DNA of 27,916 nt, from the IMG/VR virus record IMGVR_UViG_3300025102_000210, positions 1-27,916 of that record. One strand, written 5' to 3'. Below the pieces are notes generated by a model. That model searched no databases and was not told where the DNA came from. It saw nothing but the letters and a program-made list of their open reading frames with translations. Shown here one piece after another: positions 8,861-17,448 of the stretch; the stretch's first letter is position 1, and each line of letters begins with the position of its first letter. This stretch comes from a virus. Its lineage: Duplodnaviria > Caudoviricetes. The translations under genes and the position numbers were made by a program.

Positions 8861-8868
8861 TAAATAGT
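8861..8868 (-). promoter_or_regulatory. Putative late-promoter motif ACTATTTA(T)
   Basis: + strand ATAAATAGT directly after the bS21 stop, about 30 nt upstream of the ATG at 8830. Confidence 0.6.
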
Positions 8869-8869
8869 C

Positions 8870-9118
8870 TCAACTATTTCTTTCGCGGCGTGCCTCTTTA
8901 GCCTTTTGCTTGGCAACATCGCGCTTCTGTCTGCGAATTGCTGCCTGCTTTGCGTGGCGCTTTGCATCGGAAGGTTTTTTAAAATATCTTCTATCTCTAA
9001 TCTGCTCTATTATCTTGGCTTTTTTGCACTTCTTGATAAACTTGCGGATCATCTTGTCGTGGTTCCCACGACACTCTCTTGCCTTTACAGCAACGTTAGC
9101 GCCCTTTCTTCTGCTCAT
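8870..9118 (-). CDS. rpsU: Phage-encoded 30S ribosomal protein bS21
   Basis: Very basic 82-aa protein with the S21 pattern V.V......DKMIRKFIKKCKKAKIIEQIRDRRYFKKPSDAKR (compare ALRRFKR......E.R.R..YEKPS..R). Confidence 0.88.
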   Translation of the reverse strand: MSRRKGANVAVKARECRGNHDKMIRKFIKKCKKAKIIEQIRDRRYFKKPSDAKRHAKQAAIRRQKRDVAKQKAKEARRERNS

Positions 9119-9126
9119 TGTTATTC

Positions 9127-9558
9127 CTATTTAATGGCTTGCCAAACTTTGCCTGCTTGTCCCATGAGGGAAGAGATATCTACGCCTGCATCGTTGGGAT
9201 CGTCGCCGAGGACATCTGGTCTGTGTGCGCCGCCGGGCGATGATGAGTTTTTCATGGGCTCGGTGCCCTCAAACAAATCTACGCCGTTGTAGGCACCTTC
9301 ACCAATTGAGTCTAGCAACTTTCTGCGATGCTCTTGTAGTTTCTTGTTCGCCTCTCGGGACTTGCGTTGCATTTGCAAGTCTTCATTAAATAGGTTGTTG
9401 GTTATTTTCTTTGGCTTGTTTTCTACAATTGGCTGCTTAGCTAAGCCGGCTGTAACTTGAGACACAACCTCAGTAAGAAGACCCTCTTCTATGAGGACTT
9501 CTTGGATGCACTCTTTTACGACTGGCTTGATTAGCTTCTTGAGTTGTGATTTGTTCAT
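9127..9558 (-). CDS. Hypothetical head-module protein with MNKSQLKKLIK leader, 143 aa
   Basis: ATGA overlap with the protease gene; helical N-terminus related to the recurring leader. Confidence 0.75.
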   Translation of the reverse strand: MNKSQLKKLIKPVVKECIQEVLIEEGLLTEVVSQVTAGLAKQPIVENKPKKITNNLFNEDLQMQRKSREANKKLQEHRRKLLDSIGEGAYNGVDLFEGTEPMKNSSSPGGAHRPDVLGDDPNDAGVDISSLMGQAGKVWQAIK

Positions 9559-10154
9559 TGTTCCTTCAATACTTCGTTGAGTAATCTGTTAATGCGATCT
9601 GCTTTCGTAAACACTTTGTTGTTGAACTCTTTTGCTTCTTTAACCATAAAGGCTTCAGGTGTTGATGGCTCTGAAACAAAGTCGAAGCAGATAAGCTGAA
9701 AATCGTCTTGAACAATTGTTTGTCCGTTTCTGTTCTCTACTGAACCCATGCCGCGAGAAGAGATGCCAAGCTTAACGCCTGACTCTACAAGAGACTTGAG
9801 AACTTTGCCAGATGGCGTATCAAGGACTTTTACCTTGCCCATAACAGTGTCTCCGTCCATCCAAATAGATGTAACAAGGTGAGAAGCATTTTTGAGATTA
9901 ATAACAGAATCATCTGGGTGGTCTAATTCCCCAAGTGCTCTATTTTCTTTTACAAGCTTTGTGTAGTTCTCAACCTCGCGCATGAGAACCACAAGGGGAT
10001 AAACTCTTCCATTACCATTTTGAGTGTCGGCTTGTTGTAGTTTGCCAGTTAGATACATGCCGCCGGAGGCGACAAAACGCTTCTCATCTTCGGTAAGCAG
10101 GTCTTGGCAGACACCACCTTCACATAGTTCGTAGTATTCTCGTAGTAGTTTCAT
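9555..10154 (-). CDS. Prohead core protease (T4 gp21-like, peptidase S77)
   Basis: Motifs NGNGRVYP, GELDHP, GISSRGMGS, DFVSEPST. Confidence 0.95.
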   Translation of the reverse strand: MKLLREYYELCEGGVCQDLLTEDEKRFVASGGMYLTGKLQQADTQNGNGRVYPLVVLMREVENYTKLVKENRALGELDHPDDSVINLKNASHLVTSIWMDGDTVMGKVKVLDTPSGKVLKSLVESGVKLGISSRGMGSVENRNGQTIVQDDFQLICFDFVSEPSTPEAFMVKEAKEFNNKVFTKADRINRLLNEVLKEQ

Positions 10155-10172
10155 TTTAATATTCCTGTAGAT

Positions 10173-10739
10173 TCAAGAGCTTCCATAAGTCTTCCTGCCT
10201 TGCTTGCTGTAGTGCGTCTGGATTTTGACCACCTTATCATTTACTTTCTGTAGAACGCTGATCAAGTCCTGCTCGCCACCGGGAACAATTTTTGAGATAG
10301 CGTTTATCGTTTTTCTAACATCATAAATCGCTTTTGTTACTGCGTCTTTCCTTCTACCCATAGCGCCTTTTACCGCTCCTTTGATGTTGGAGCCAATCTC
10401 TTTGGCTCTATCTAGAATTCCCTCATTAATCCCCATCTTGGATGATAGCGCGGATAACATCTTGATCTCATCATCGAGGGTAGACCCAAGCAGCCCGCTT
10501 TTTCCGGCGCCGGTATCCTGATCAATAATAGCCTTTAATCTTTCCAGTTTTTGAATCAAGGCAGGCATTGCCTTTTCAATTTTTTTCATCGCTCCAGCGG
10601 CGACAACATTTTGAGGAGCAGCGTCCTTTGGTGATGAAGATTTGCCTTTAGCATAGCTGGTAAGCTGATCGAAAAAGCCCTCATCAAGTTCCTCTTCCTC
10701 GTTAACAAAATTGTTCCAGTTTTCCATTATAAGTTTCAT
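10173..10739 (-). CDS. Hypothetical helical protein with MKLIMENW leader, 188 aa
   Basis: SD AAGGA; two internal [LI]xEG[FI][FL]D motifs (LDEGFFD, INEGILD). Confidence 0.75.
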   Translation of the reverse strand: MKLIMENWNNFVNEEEELDEGFFDQLTSYAKGKSSSPKDAAPQNVVAAGAMKKIEKAMPALIQKLERLKAIIDQDTGAGKSGLLGSTLDDEIKMLSALSSKMGINEGILDRAKEIGSNIKGAVKGAMGRRKDAVTKAIYDVRKTINAISKIVPGGEQDLISVLQKVNDKVVKIQTHYSKQGRKTYGSS

Positions 10740-10755
10740 TTTTTTATTCCTTTGG

Positions 10756-10770
10756 GCGGGCGTTACCCGC
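10756..10770 (-). other. GC-rich mini-hairpin GCGGG-TAACG-CCCGC
   Basis: Perfect 5-bp GC stem 5 nt after the stop of the 21-aa ORF; no U-tract on the minus strand. Confidence 0.5.
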
Positions 10771-10775
10771 GCGAG

Positions 10776-10841
10776 TTAGGAGCCCTTACAGCAACGACGT
10801 ACTGGTTGTAGTCCCCATTTAGATAGTAGAAAGTTGTTCAT
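10776..10841 (-). CDS. Small Cys-containing peptide MNNFLLSKWGLQPVRRCCKGS (21 aa)
   Basis: ATG overlaps the upstream stop (TAATG coupling); fills an otherwise empty gap; below the ORF-track cut-off. Confidence 0.55.
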   Translation of the reverse strand: MNNFLLSKWGLQPVRRCCKGS

Positions 10842-11107
10842 TAAGCCTTCTCTGCCATTTCGGCGGCGCGCTTTACCATGGAGTCAACCATCTCGACTAC
10901 TCTGAAGACATCATAGCCATCTTTCTTATAACCTACAATAAAATTATAGAGAGCATTGTTTAAGTCTCTAGTCATTTCAAGGGTAACATTGGATGGTGTG
11001 ACACCTTTTTGTCCGTAGGGATCGTCGTCCTCTGCAAGTTCTGCACCTTGCATTGCCTCAAACTCTTCTTTAATTATTTGCTTTAGTGTTTCTTTGGTGA
11101 TTTTCAT
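10841..11107 (-). CDS. Leader-family protein (MKITKETLKQIIKEEF), 88 aa
   Basis: SD GAGGA; shared N-terminal leader. Confidence 0.8.
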   Translation of the reverse strand: MKITKETLKQIIKEEFEAMQGAELAEDDDPYGQKGVTPSNVTLEMTRDLNNALYNFIVGYKKDGYDVFRVVEMVDSMVKRAAEMAEKA

Positions 11108-11110
11108 TTT

Positions 11111-11452
11111 TTATTCCTCTGTGAAAAAATTGTCATGCTTGTAATTATGCTTTATTTGAATTCCTTCATCTGAGAACACCATGTTTAGAACATAAGATGT
11201 TGCAGATGAAAGACAACCAAATAGAAAAGCATTGACTATTGTGGCGTCAAACGTAAATAGTTCGGTCCAAGGAGAAAGCAGGAGCAAAAACCAACCGACG
11301 TGAAAGCCCATGCACATGGGGCAGTGAAAAACCTTGCCATAACCCTTGTAGGATTCCTTGTGAGGTCTTAGTTTTTTTATTACGGGCATGTCGCTATAGA
11401 CTAAAATTTGTGTTAGTCCGTAGGCTATGAGGACGAATAATAGAAGTTCCAT
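11111..11452 (-). CDS. DUF1360-like membrane protein with CxxC, 113 aa
   Basis: Three hydrophobic segments and FHCPMCMGFHVG, resembling the DUF1360 C-P-x-C-x-G-x-W motif as I recall it. Confidence 0.6.
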   Translation of the reverse strand: MELLLFVLIAYGLTQILVYSDMPVIKKLRPHKESYKGYGKVFHCPMCMGFHVGWFLLLLSPWTELFTFDATIVNAFLFGCLSSATSYVLNMVFSDEGIQIKHNYKHDNFFTEE

Positions 11453-11911
11453 TTACTTCTTGACCTGATTGCTGTTAAATTTGTCAGCTAAGTATTTTTG
11501 AAGCTCATCATTGACATCTGGAATGGGGGCTAGATCATCCATATCTTCCATTGCTTTCAGTAGATCATTGATAAATGCCACCTCAATCGGATCATCTACA
11601 ATCCTAGACACATCATCATCGACATTTAGCCTGTCTAAGCCGGTCGCTGATTTAAAAGAATCTTCAGCACCGTATAGCTTGCCTACAATTTCTTTGGCAT
11701 CTTGGGCGCCTTTCCAAAGCGAAAAGATGTTGCTAACAACTGGGATTTGCTCTATTGCTGCTTCAGCAGCTTTCTTGCCCAATTCCTTGCCAGCCTCTGC
11801 TGCACGATGAGTTTTAATAAGCTTTCTTAGATCTCCGACTGTCTCAAGAGGAGCCTCTTGCAAAACAAATTTGTCCCAGCTTTCCATTATGACTTTCATT
11901 TTTTTTGACAT
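11453..11911 (-). CDS. Hypothetical protein with MKVIMESW leader, 152 aa
   Basis: SD AGGAG; leader similar to that of 10173-10739. Confidence 0.75.
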   Translation of the reverse strand: MSKKMKVIMESWDKFVLQEAPLETVGDLRKLIKTHRAAEAGKELGKKAAEAAIEQIPVVSNIFSLWKGAQDAKEIVGKLYGAEDSFKSATGLDRLNVDDDVSRIVDDPIEVAFINDLLKAMEDMDDLAPIPDVNDELQKYLADKFNSNQVKK

Positions 11912-11920
11912 AACGGGCTC

Positions 11921-12496
11921 CTAGATTGTGTACATGTAAGACATGGTGTAAGAGTTTCCTCTACCATAGCCAGGGCGAATGGAGCCCTGTTCGTCGCGTT
12001 GCGGGACTTCGCCGAGTTCTGTTGAATCGGTCTTATCAGGGTCAGTGTATTCATCTTCAACGCCGGCTACAATTGTCTCAACATTATCATAGTAAGGTTT
12101 CTCTTCTTTGATAAACTTTTCGATGCTTACAAGGGCAAATTTGGCAGCGTTTAACTTACCATCTGCGACTTCTTGTAGCTGTGCTTCCATGGCACCATAA
12201 TAAGAGCCACCCTGGATTGACTCTGGCATAACAATGCCTTTACGAGCTAGGTGTGCAAATAATCTATTCTGTGCTCCGTAGGTGAAGTCGGTCATTGTCT
12301 GCTTTGGAAATGCAGTAATTTTTTTGTCTTTGCCAGAAAGAACAATGTCTAGGTCGTTATGATCAAAGATCATGAGATCACCACTGAGCGACTTACGGAT
12401 GTCAAGCTCAAGTGTTACAGTAGGAGGGGGTGATTTCGGCTTTATTGTAACCTTAACTGGTTCTGGGATTGGGACAATTCTAACTGTTACTGGCAT
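11921..12496 (-). CDS. Hypothetical head-module protein, 191 aa
   Basis: Overlaps the upstream gene; operon context. Confidence 0.75.
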   Translation of the reverse strand: MPVTVRIVPIPEPVKVTIKPKSPPPTVTLELDIRKSLSGDLMIFDHNDLDIVLSGKDKKITAFPKQTMTDFTYGAQNRLFAHLARKGIVMPESIQGGSYYGAMEAQLQEVADGKLNAAKFALVSIEKFIKEEKPYYDNVETIVAGVEDEYTDPDKTDSTELGEVPQRDEQGSIRPGYGRGNSYTMSYMYTI

Positions 12497-13310
12497 CGTC
12501 GTAGATTTCCTTTACTAACTCCTGCGTCTTTAAGATAGTCAACAGGGTAGATTCGTTTAAGCTTGTTTCTTTCGATAAGTTGTCAAGCTTTTCTCTCACG
12601 GCATTTGTCTTGCGAATCATCTCAGGGTCATTTGCAATTTCTTCTGCGCTGACTGCCTCAGATAGTGACTGCTTTAATCTACCAAGTTCTCTGTTGAGGT
12701 AGATTTTGGTCTCAAGATCATCGTGGGAGAATGATGAAATGTAATTGTTTAGAAGATTCTTTTGCTCTTCTAATAAGGAGTTTCCGTACTTTTCGTTGAA
12801 CTTCTTCGTAAAAGTAGTAAAAGTAAGTGAATCGATTGTCTCAAGGGCTTGAGCCTCAATCGTTTCAGTCATTCCTTTAACAATTTTTGATTCAAGCATT
12901 ACTGATTGCTTGGGGGAATTTGTGTTAAACATCTTAGCTATTGTTGCCAGTGACTTATAGTTTGGAACAAAGTTATTGAAAGTCTTTGGCTCTAGCTCTT
13001 TATTGATGTCATTTATAATTTCAGTCTGTTGCTTGAACAATCCATCTGGATCAATAAGGCGCTTAGCTGCCAACGCGGCTTCCATGATTTTCTTGCTAGT
13101 TGGCTCATCTAGATTTTGGTTTTCATAGAGTGAGCGGTAGCATTCAAGATCTTTCTTCAACAACGAGTCGTTAGTGAAGTGCTTGCGCACAATAGAGACA
13201 ACTTTTTCTTTTCTTTCGTTGTCTCCCTTTATGATAGCAACAGTGGCTTCGCGAGCCAAAGCCTCGAAAACAAAGGCTGTGTTGCGCTTCTTGTTGTGTT
13301 TATTCTTCAT
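12480..13310 (-). CDS. Hypothetical helical protein downstream of the portal, 276 aa
   Basis: KHNKKRNTAFVFEAL N-terminus; overlaps the portal stop. Confidence 0.8.
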   Translation of the reverse strand: MKNKHNKKRNTAFVFEALAREATVAIIKGDNERKEKVVSIVRKHFTNDSLLKKDLECYRSLYENQNLDEPTSKKIMEAALAAKRLIDPDGLFKQQTEIINDINKELEPKTFNNFVPNYKSLATIAKMFNTNSPKQSVMLESKIVKGMTETIEAQALETIDSLTFTTFTKKFNEKYGNSLLEEQKNLLNNYISSFSHDDLETKIYLNRELGRLKQSLSEAVSAEEIANDPEMIRKTNAVREKLDNLSKETSLNESTLLTILKTQELVKEIYDDASNS

Positions 13311-15300
13311 TATCGTTCTCCGTTGTCTTTATTTCTAGACTTTCAATAAGCATTTTAACTGAACTATCGACCTCTAGAAGAGATTGCTCTTCCTCTTGGT
13401 CTCGCAAGTAATTAGGGTCTTGCTCTTCATAAATGCCTCTTGATAGTGATCTTAGCTCTGAAGCACCAAGATTGTTCGTTCGATAGGTGTTCATTTCGGG
13501 CGTTGGGACGCTTGCATAATTGCGAGTTCTAGCACCTTGTGGTCTTTTGTCAGTTGCTACCTTTTGGTAAACTTTACCCTTTGCGCCCTTGGTTGTGTAT
13601 TTGTCTCCTGTTCTTGCGCGCTTGCCAAGTGACTTGGCTAGGCGCGGAGAGTTGCGAGAACCCGGAGGCTCTGCTAGAAGTGCGCTTTCGTCACCCCCAC
13701 CTTCATCACCACCGCCCTCATCGCCACCGAGGTCTAGATCACCGCCTCCTTCATCGCCACCAAGATCTAAGCCGCCCTCGTCGCCACCGCCAAGGTCAAG
13801 ACCTCCGGCGTCACCACCACCTTCGCCACCGCCTGCGGCTGCTTCGGCAACACTTTCAAGTGCTGTATCGTGTTTGCGATCATAGAACATTTCGCGCTGG
13901 TTGCGAAGGAACTCTTCGTGGGACATGCCAAAGATGTTATCGGCAACCCAGCGACGAGAAAAGAAGCCTTCTGTTGCGGACGCAGCAATATCAAACTTGG
14001 TCTTCCAGTGTTCGAGTTCTTGTAGCTCTGCAATCTTGCTTGGGTTGTTAAGAGCAAGCTTGAAGTTTATAAGATCCTCGCCTCTGTAGCCAAGAGTGTA
14101 GAGATGGACAATTCCAATCTTCTCTAGTTCATGAAGCACAGAGCGTTGCAATCTTTGAATGGTGCGAGCGAAACGAATGTCTTTGGTCGCAAGCGTGGTC
14201 TTATCTTCCTGCGCTCCTTCGCCCATCGTTAGATAAGCCTGTGGAATCTTTATCGCTGAAAAGAGCTTGTCACGAAGGTATTTGACATCGTCAATTGCAG
14301 TTGTGTTTTGCCCACCTGCAAGGCTTTGAATGTCGGTCACAGACCCAGCACGAACTGGGATGTAATAGTCTTCTTCGATAGACATCGGATTGTAACGTAG
14401 GTCGATGCGTCCGGTGTCTTTATCAACGATCGTGTGGCGCTTAAGCTTAGTTACAATGTTCTGCATAAATTGTTCCACTTCCTGCGGTGGGACAGCGCCC
14501 ACATCAATCTTGAAAACCTTTCGCTCAGAAGAGCGAACAATGCGGTAAGCCATCATCGCGTCTTCCATGAGCGTTAGTTGACGCCAAATGCGTCGGGCTG
14601 GCTCAAGAACAGAGGTCCCATAAGGGGAATATTTATCGTTGCCAAGAATGCGGAAGTGAGCAATCTGCCAGTTCTCGAAAGTCATTCCAGCAGAGTTCCA
14701 CTGATATTGTACATAATTCGGATTTGTGGCATCTAGACCTTCAAGTCTTTCAATTTCTTGCAGAGGAATAGCAATTGTTGATTGGATTCCAATTTTATCG
14801 TCGATGTCAAGATATAAAATGAAATCGCCATACTTGCACATCGTACGACACCAGCCAAAAAGATTGTGCTCGATGCTCATCACATTATGGTACAAAATAT
14901 TCAGAACTGCTTTGATTTCTTCATTGCGACATTTGATATTTAACATCGGAGATAGAGCAGAGAATGTAGTCATCTCGTCTGCATAAATGTCAAGAGCGGA
15001 GGCTAACTCTGGGGTGTATTCCATTTGATCAAAGTCGATGTAGCGCTCTGAACGCCTTTGGTTTGCAATGGCATTTGCTGCAATTGTGTCCAGTGGGTTA
15101 TAACTTTGTTTTTTGAACTGCTGCCCGGAAGCAGATTTAAATTTTGTAGAATACTTATCAAGATGTTGTCTACGAATTTTGCGACCAGACTCTGATCGAT
15201 AGCTAATGATAGGTCCCGAAAATAGCCGTGTAAGAGACTGAAATAATTGGGAGCCTCTGTTTGCTGGATTCTTGCCTTGCTTTGGATTTCTTTGTGCCAT
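13300..15300 (-). CDS. Portal protein (T4 gp20-like) with long C-terminal extension
   Basis: Motifs PELASALDIYADE, LMEDAMMAYRIVR..ERKVFKIDVG, EEDYYIPVR, DDVKYLRDKLFSAIKIP, DIRFARTIQRLQ; directly after the terminase. Confidence 0.93.
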   Translation of the reverse strand: MAQRNPKQGKNPANRGSQLFQSLTRLFSGPIISYRSESGRKIRRQHLDKYSTKFKSASGQQFKKQSYNPLDTIAANAIANQRRSERYIDFDQMEYTPELASALDIYADEMTTFSALSPMLNIKCRNEEIKAVLNILYHNVMSIEHNLFGWCRTMCKYGDFILYLDIDDKIGIQSTIAIPLQEIERLEGLDATNPNYVQYQWNSAGMTFENWQIAHFRILGNDKYSPYGTSVLEPARRIWRQLTLMEDAMMAYRIVRSSERKVFKIDVGAVPPQEVEQFMQNIVTKLKRHTIVDKDTGRIDLRYNPMSIEEDYYIPVRAGSVTDIQSLAGGQNTTAIDDVKYLRDKLFSAIKIPQAYLTMGEGAQEDKTTLATKDIRFARTIQRLQRSVLHELEKIGIVHLYTLGYRGEDLINFKLALNNPSKIAELQELEHWKTKFDIAASATEGFFSRRWVADNIFGMSHEEFLRNQREMFYDRKHDTALESVAEAAAGGGEGGGDAGGLDLGGGDEGGLDLGGDEGGGDLDLGGDEGGGDEGGGDESALLAEPPGSRNSPRLAKSLGKRARTGDKYTTKGAKGKVYQKVATDKRPQGARTRNYASVPTPEMNTYRTNNLGASELRSLSRGIYEEQDPNYLRDQEEEQSLLEVDSSVKMLIESLEIKTTENDNEE
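13687..13833 (-). repeat. Gly/Asp low-complexity repeat (GGLDLGGDE)n in the portal tail
   Basis: GGGEGGGDAGGLDLGGGDEGGLDLGGDEGGGDLDLGGDEGGGDEGGGDE. Confidence 0.85.
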
Positions 15301-15308
15301 TTAGTTTC

Positions 15309-16889
15309 TCACTTTATTATCCACATATATTGGGAATATAGATTTTTTGCTTCGTTCATTTTACTAGTTTGATCTTCTCCTGTGTAGCCAATTTGTCCCC
15401 TTATCTGGGTGTTCAAGGTGGTTTTGGAAGTCATAATAGCGTCAACAAAAGCTTTTTGGTAATTAAGGTCTCTGGAATTCGACTGGATTGCCGTGTCTCT
15501 GACCCAGCAACAAATCGCAAGAGCCATCACCAAGTCATCGTTATACCCTCGCATTGCTTGTGGCTTCCCGTTGTTCCAAATAAATGTTCTAAATTCATTT
15601 GCCAAACGTGAAGAATACGTTTTAATTAGTTTGTTTCTTATAAACTCTTCTAACTTAGCAACAATGAGGGGTCTAGTCTTGCTTGTTGTAGAGAAGCCCG
15701 CGATAGTTCCGGTGCGGTGTTCCCCTAGGTGCTGGTCGATGTATTCATGTGTAGACTTAATGGAATAATAAAGATTAGGATAAGCATACTCTATAAGTTT
15801 GTCTATGACGGTGTAACCGATTGAATTATTCTCAACTACCATCATGGCATTGCCGAACTCTCGTCCAACCTGATTGAGCATGTTGGCATAAAGATCGGGT
15901 GTAGGTTTGCCCTGATACTCTCCAATGATCTCCATCGTTTCTAATTTTAAAATGTGAAATGTGGAGCTATCAGCACCGTCGCCTCTTGCAACGTCAGCAG
16001 CGATAAGATAATTGCAGGTTGGATCGTGCTCTTCCCAAATCCAAAAGTTTCTATCAAAGCCAGTTCTATGCTTTGGCTCTTTTACCATGGACATCATCCA
16101 TTCAATCGCTGATGGATCGACAACTGTCTCGCCTGAAGTATTGAAGTTGCACTCCAACTCCTGTGCGATTTGTCTTTTGGACATGTTCTTGGTTTCTTTC
16201 TTAAACCATTCTTCATCTCTTTCCGGGTGAACGTCCCACATAAGTGTCGTGAGTTTGAAATTATTATCATTGCTCTCGGCACCTACGCAAGTTTTGTGGA
16301 ACCAGTTGCCAACACCATTTGGTGTCGAAATTGCAATGCAGCGACCACCAGTAGATAGCGTTGGGTAGAGACCAGTCCAGAGATCTTCTAGACCCTCAAT
16401 GTGTGCTGCCTCATCAAGAACAAGCAGGGACAGAGCCTCAGAGCGACCAGCGTCGCCCGATGTTGAGGCAGCCTTGATTGAAGAACCATTGGACAACTCA
16501 AAAGATGTGCGGTTGTCGGTGGTGATGCTAGCAATCCTGATCCAGTCAGGAAGGTTCTTCATTATGTTTTTGACTTTGCGAACCAAGTTGCCTGCTGTTT
16601 CAAACTTGGTAGCCATAACAAGGATGGCTTTGTCTCTGTGAAACAACATCATCCAAACAATGTAGCCAGCCGTAATCGTTGAGATTCCTAGCTGGCGACC
16701 TTTATTGATAATGTTAAAGCGATAGTCGTTAAATTCGTTTAGTAAGACATCCTGATAATCGTAGGTCTTAAACAACATAAGCCCATGCATCGGGTGAGAG
16801 ATGCGGGCATAGTTTTTTAGGAAGTAGGAAGGATCCTTACCACACTTAACGACTTCTTTGAGTATTTGCTTTTTCGTTAATCTTGGCAT
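15309..16889 (-). CDS. terL: Terminase large subunit (T4 gp17-like)
   Basis: Walker A KGRQLGIST, Walker B LLVLDEAAH, coupling motif ISTPNG, nuclease motifs DVARGDGAD and DDLVMA. Confidence 0.95.
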   Translation of the reverse strand: MPRLTKKQILKEVVKCGKDPSYFLKNYARISHPMHGLMLFKTYDYQDVLLNEFNDYRFNIINKGRQLGISTITAGYIVWMMLFHRDKAILVMATKFETAGNLVRKVKNIMKNLPDWIRIASITTDNRTSFELSNGSSIKAASTSGDAGRSEALSLLVLDEAAHIEGLEDLWTGLYPTLSTGGRCIAISTPNGVGNWFHKTCVGAESNDNNFKLTTLMWDVHPERDEEWFKKETKNMSKRQIAQELECNFNTSGETVVDPSAIEWMMSMVKEPKHRTGFDRNFWIWEEHDPTCNYLIAADVARGDGADSSTFHILKLETMEIIGEYQGKPTPDLYANMLNQVGREFGNAMMVVENNSIGYTVIDKLIEYAYPNLYYSIKSTHEYIDQHLGEHRTGTIAGFSTTSKTRPLIVAKLEEFIRNKLIKTYSSRLANEFRTFIWNNGKPQAMRGYNDDLVMALAICCWVRDTAIQSNSRDLNYQKAFVDAIMTSKTTLNTQIRGQIGYTGEDQTSKMNEAKNLYSQYMWIIK

Positions 16890-16899
16890 TCATCTTTCT

Positions 16900-17448
16900 T
16901 TATTCTTTCTTGCCAGAGTTTGCCGGTCTCTTATCGTTAGGGGGGCGTGTTCCAAGACCGCCCTGGGACATAAACTTTTGCCACCCGGCGGCGAGCTTGT
17001 CTTCGGTTGCTTCGCCGACAACGGAAACCTCTTCCATGCCGCCAACTTTGTACTCCATAACGGCTGTAACCCAGGAGCGAACTCTTGAAGAGTTCTCAAC
17101 GCGAATGTCGATTTCGCCTTCTTTGGTAAGCTTGACAGTAGAGCCAGTAATCTTGCGGGCTTCCTTCTTAAGAAACTTGACAATCTCAGCCATCTGTGAT
17201 TCAACATCAGACTCGAAACCGTTAGCGTAAACCTCTTTAAGAGTTACCTCTGACATGTAAGAAAGACGCATTATGTTGCCATGGAACTTAACATTGAAGC
17301 CATCCATCACTCGCTTATCGATTAGCGGGTCGCCCTCTTCTCTCTTTAGTCCTGCTTTGATGGGCTCGCCATCTTCAGTCATTGCGCCGTCGTAGGCGTT
17401 TGCTGCGGCTTGTGATAAGCCCTGAACGATTTCGTAAACTGTAGCCAT
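16900..17448 (-). CDS. Hypothetical protein, 182 aa
   Basis: TAATG coupling with the upstream gene; directly precedes terL. Confidence 0.8.
   Translation of the reverse strand: MATVYEIVQGLSQAAANAYDGAMTEDGEPIKAGLKREEGDPLIDKRVMDGFNVKFHGNIMRLSYMSEVTLKEVYANGFESDVESQMAEIVKFLKKEARKITGSTVKLTKEGEIDIRVENSSRVRSWVTAVMEYKVGGMEEVSVVGEATEDKLAAGWQKFMSQGGLGTRPPNDKRPANSGKKE

Noticed and set aside
8862-8879. Inverted repeat AAATAGT-CTCA-ACTATTT at the bS21 stop
   Set aside because: AT-rich, weak, without a U-tract, and half of it is the promoter motif; likely coincidental.
10756-10778. Selenocysteine insertion (SECIS) after the RRCC peptide
   Set aside because: The stop is TAA, not TGA; only generic readthrough is kept as a hypothesis.
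9387-11261. Intragenic TAAATAG copies at 9387 and 11254
   Set aside because: They are 150-270 nt from the next start and a few chance matches are expected in AT-rich coding DNA.
13300-16889. Intein or intron in terminase or portal
   Set aside because: Continuous ORFs with normally spaced motifs; no splice-junction or homing endonuclease motifs seen.
16900-17448. Terminase small subunit, by position
   Set aside because: No gp16-like or HTH features recognised; position alone is insufficient.
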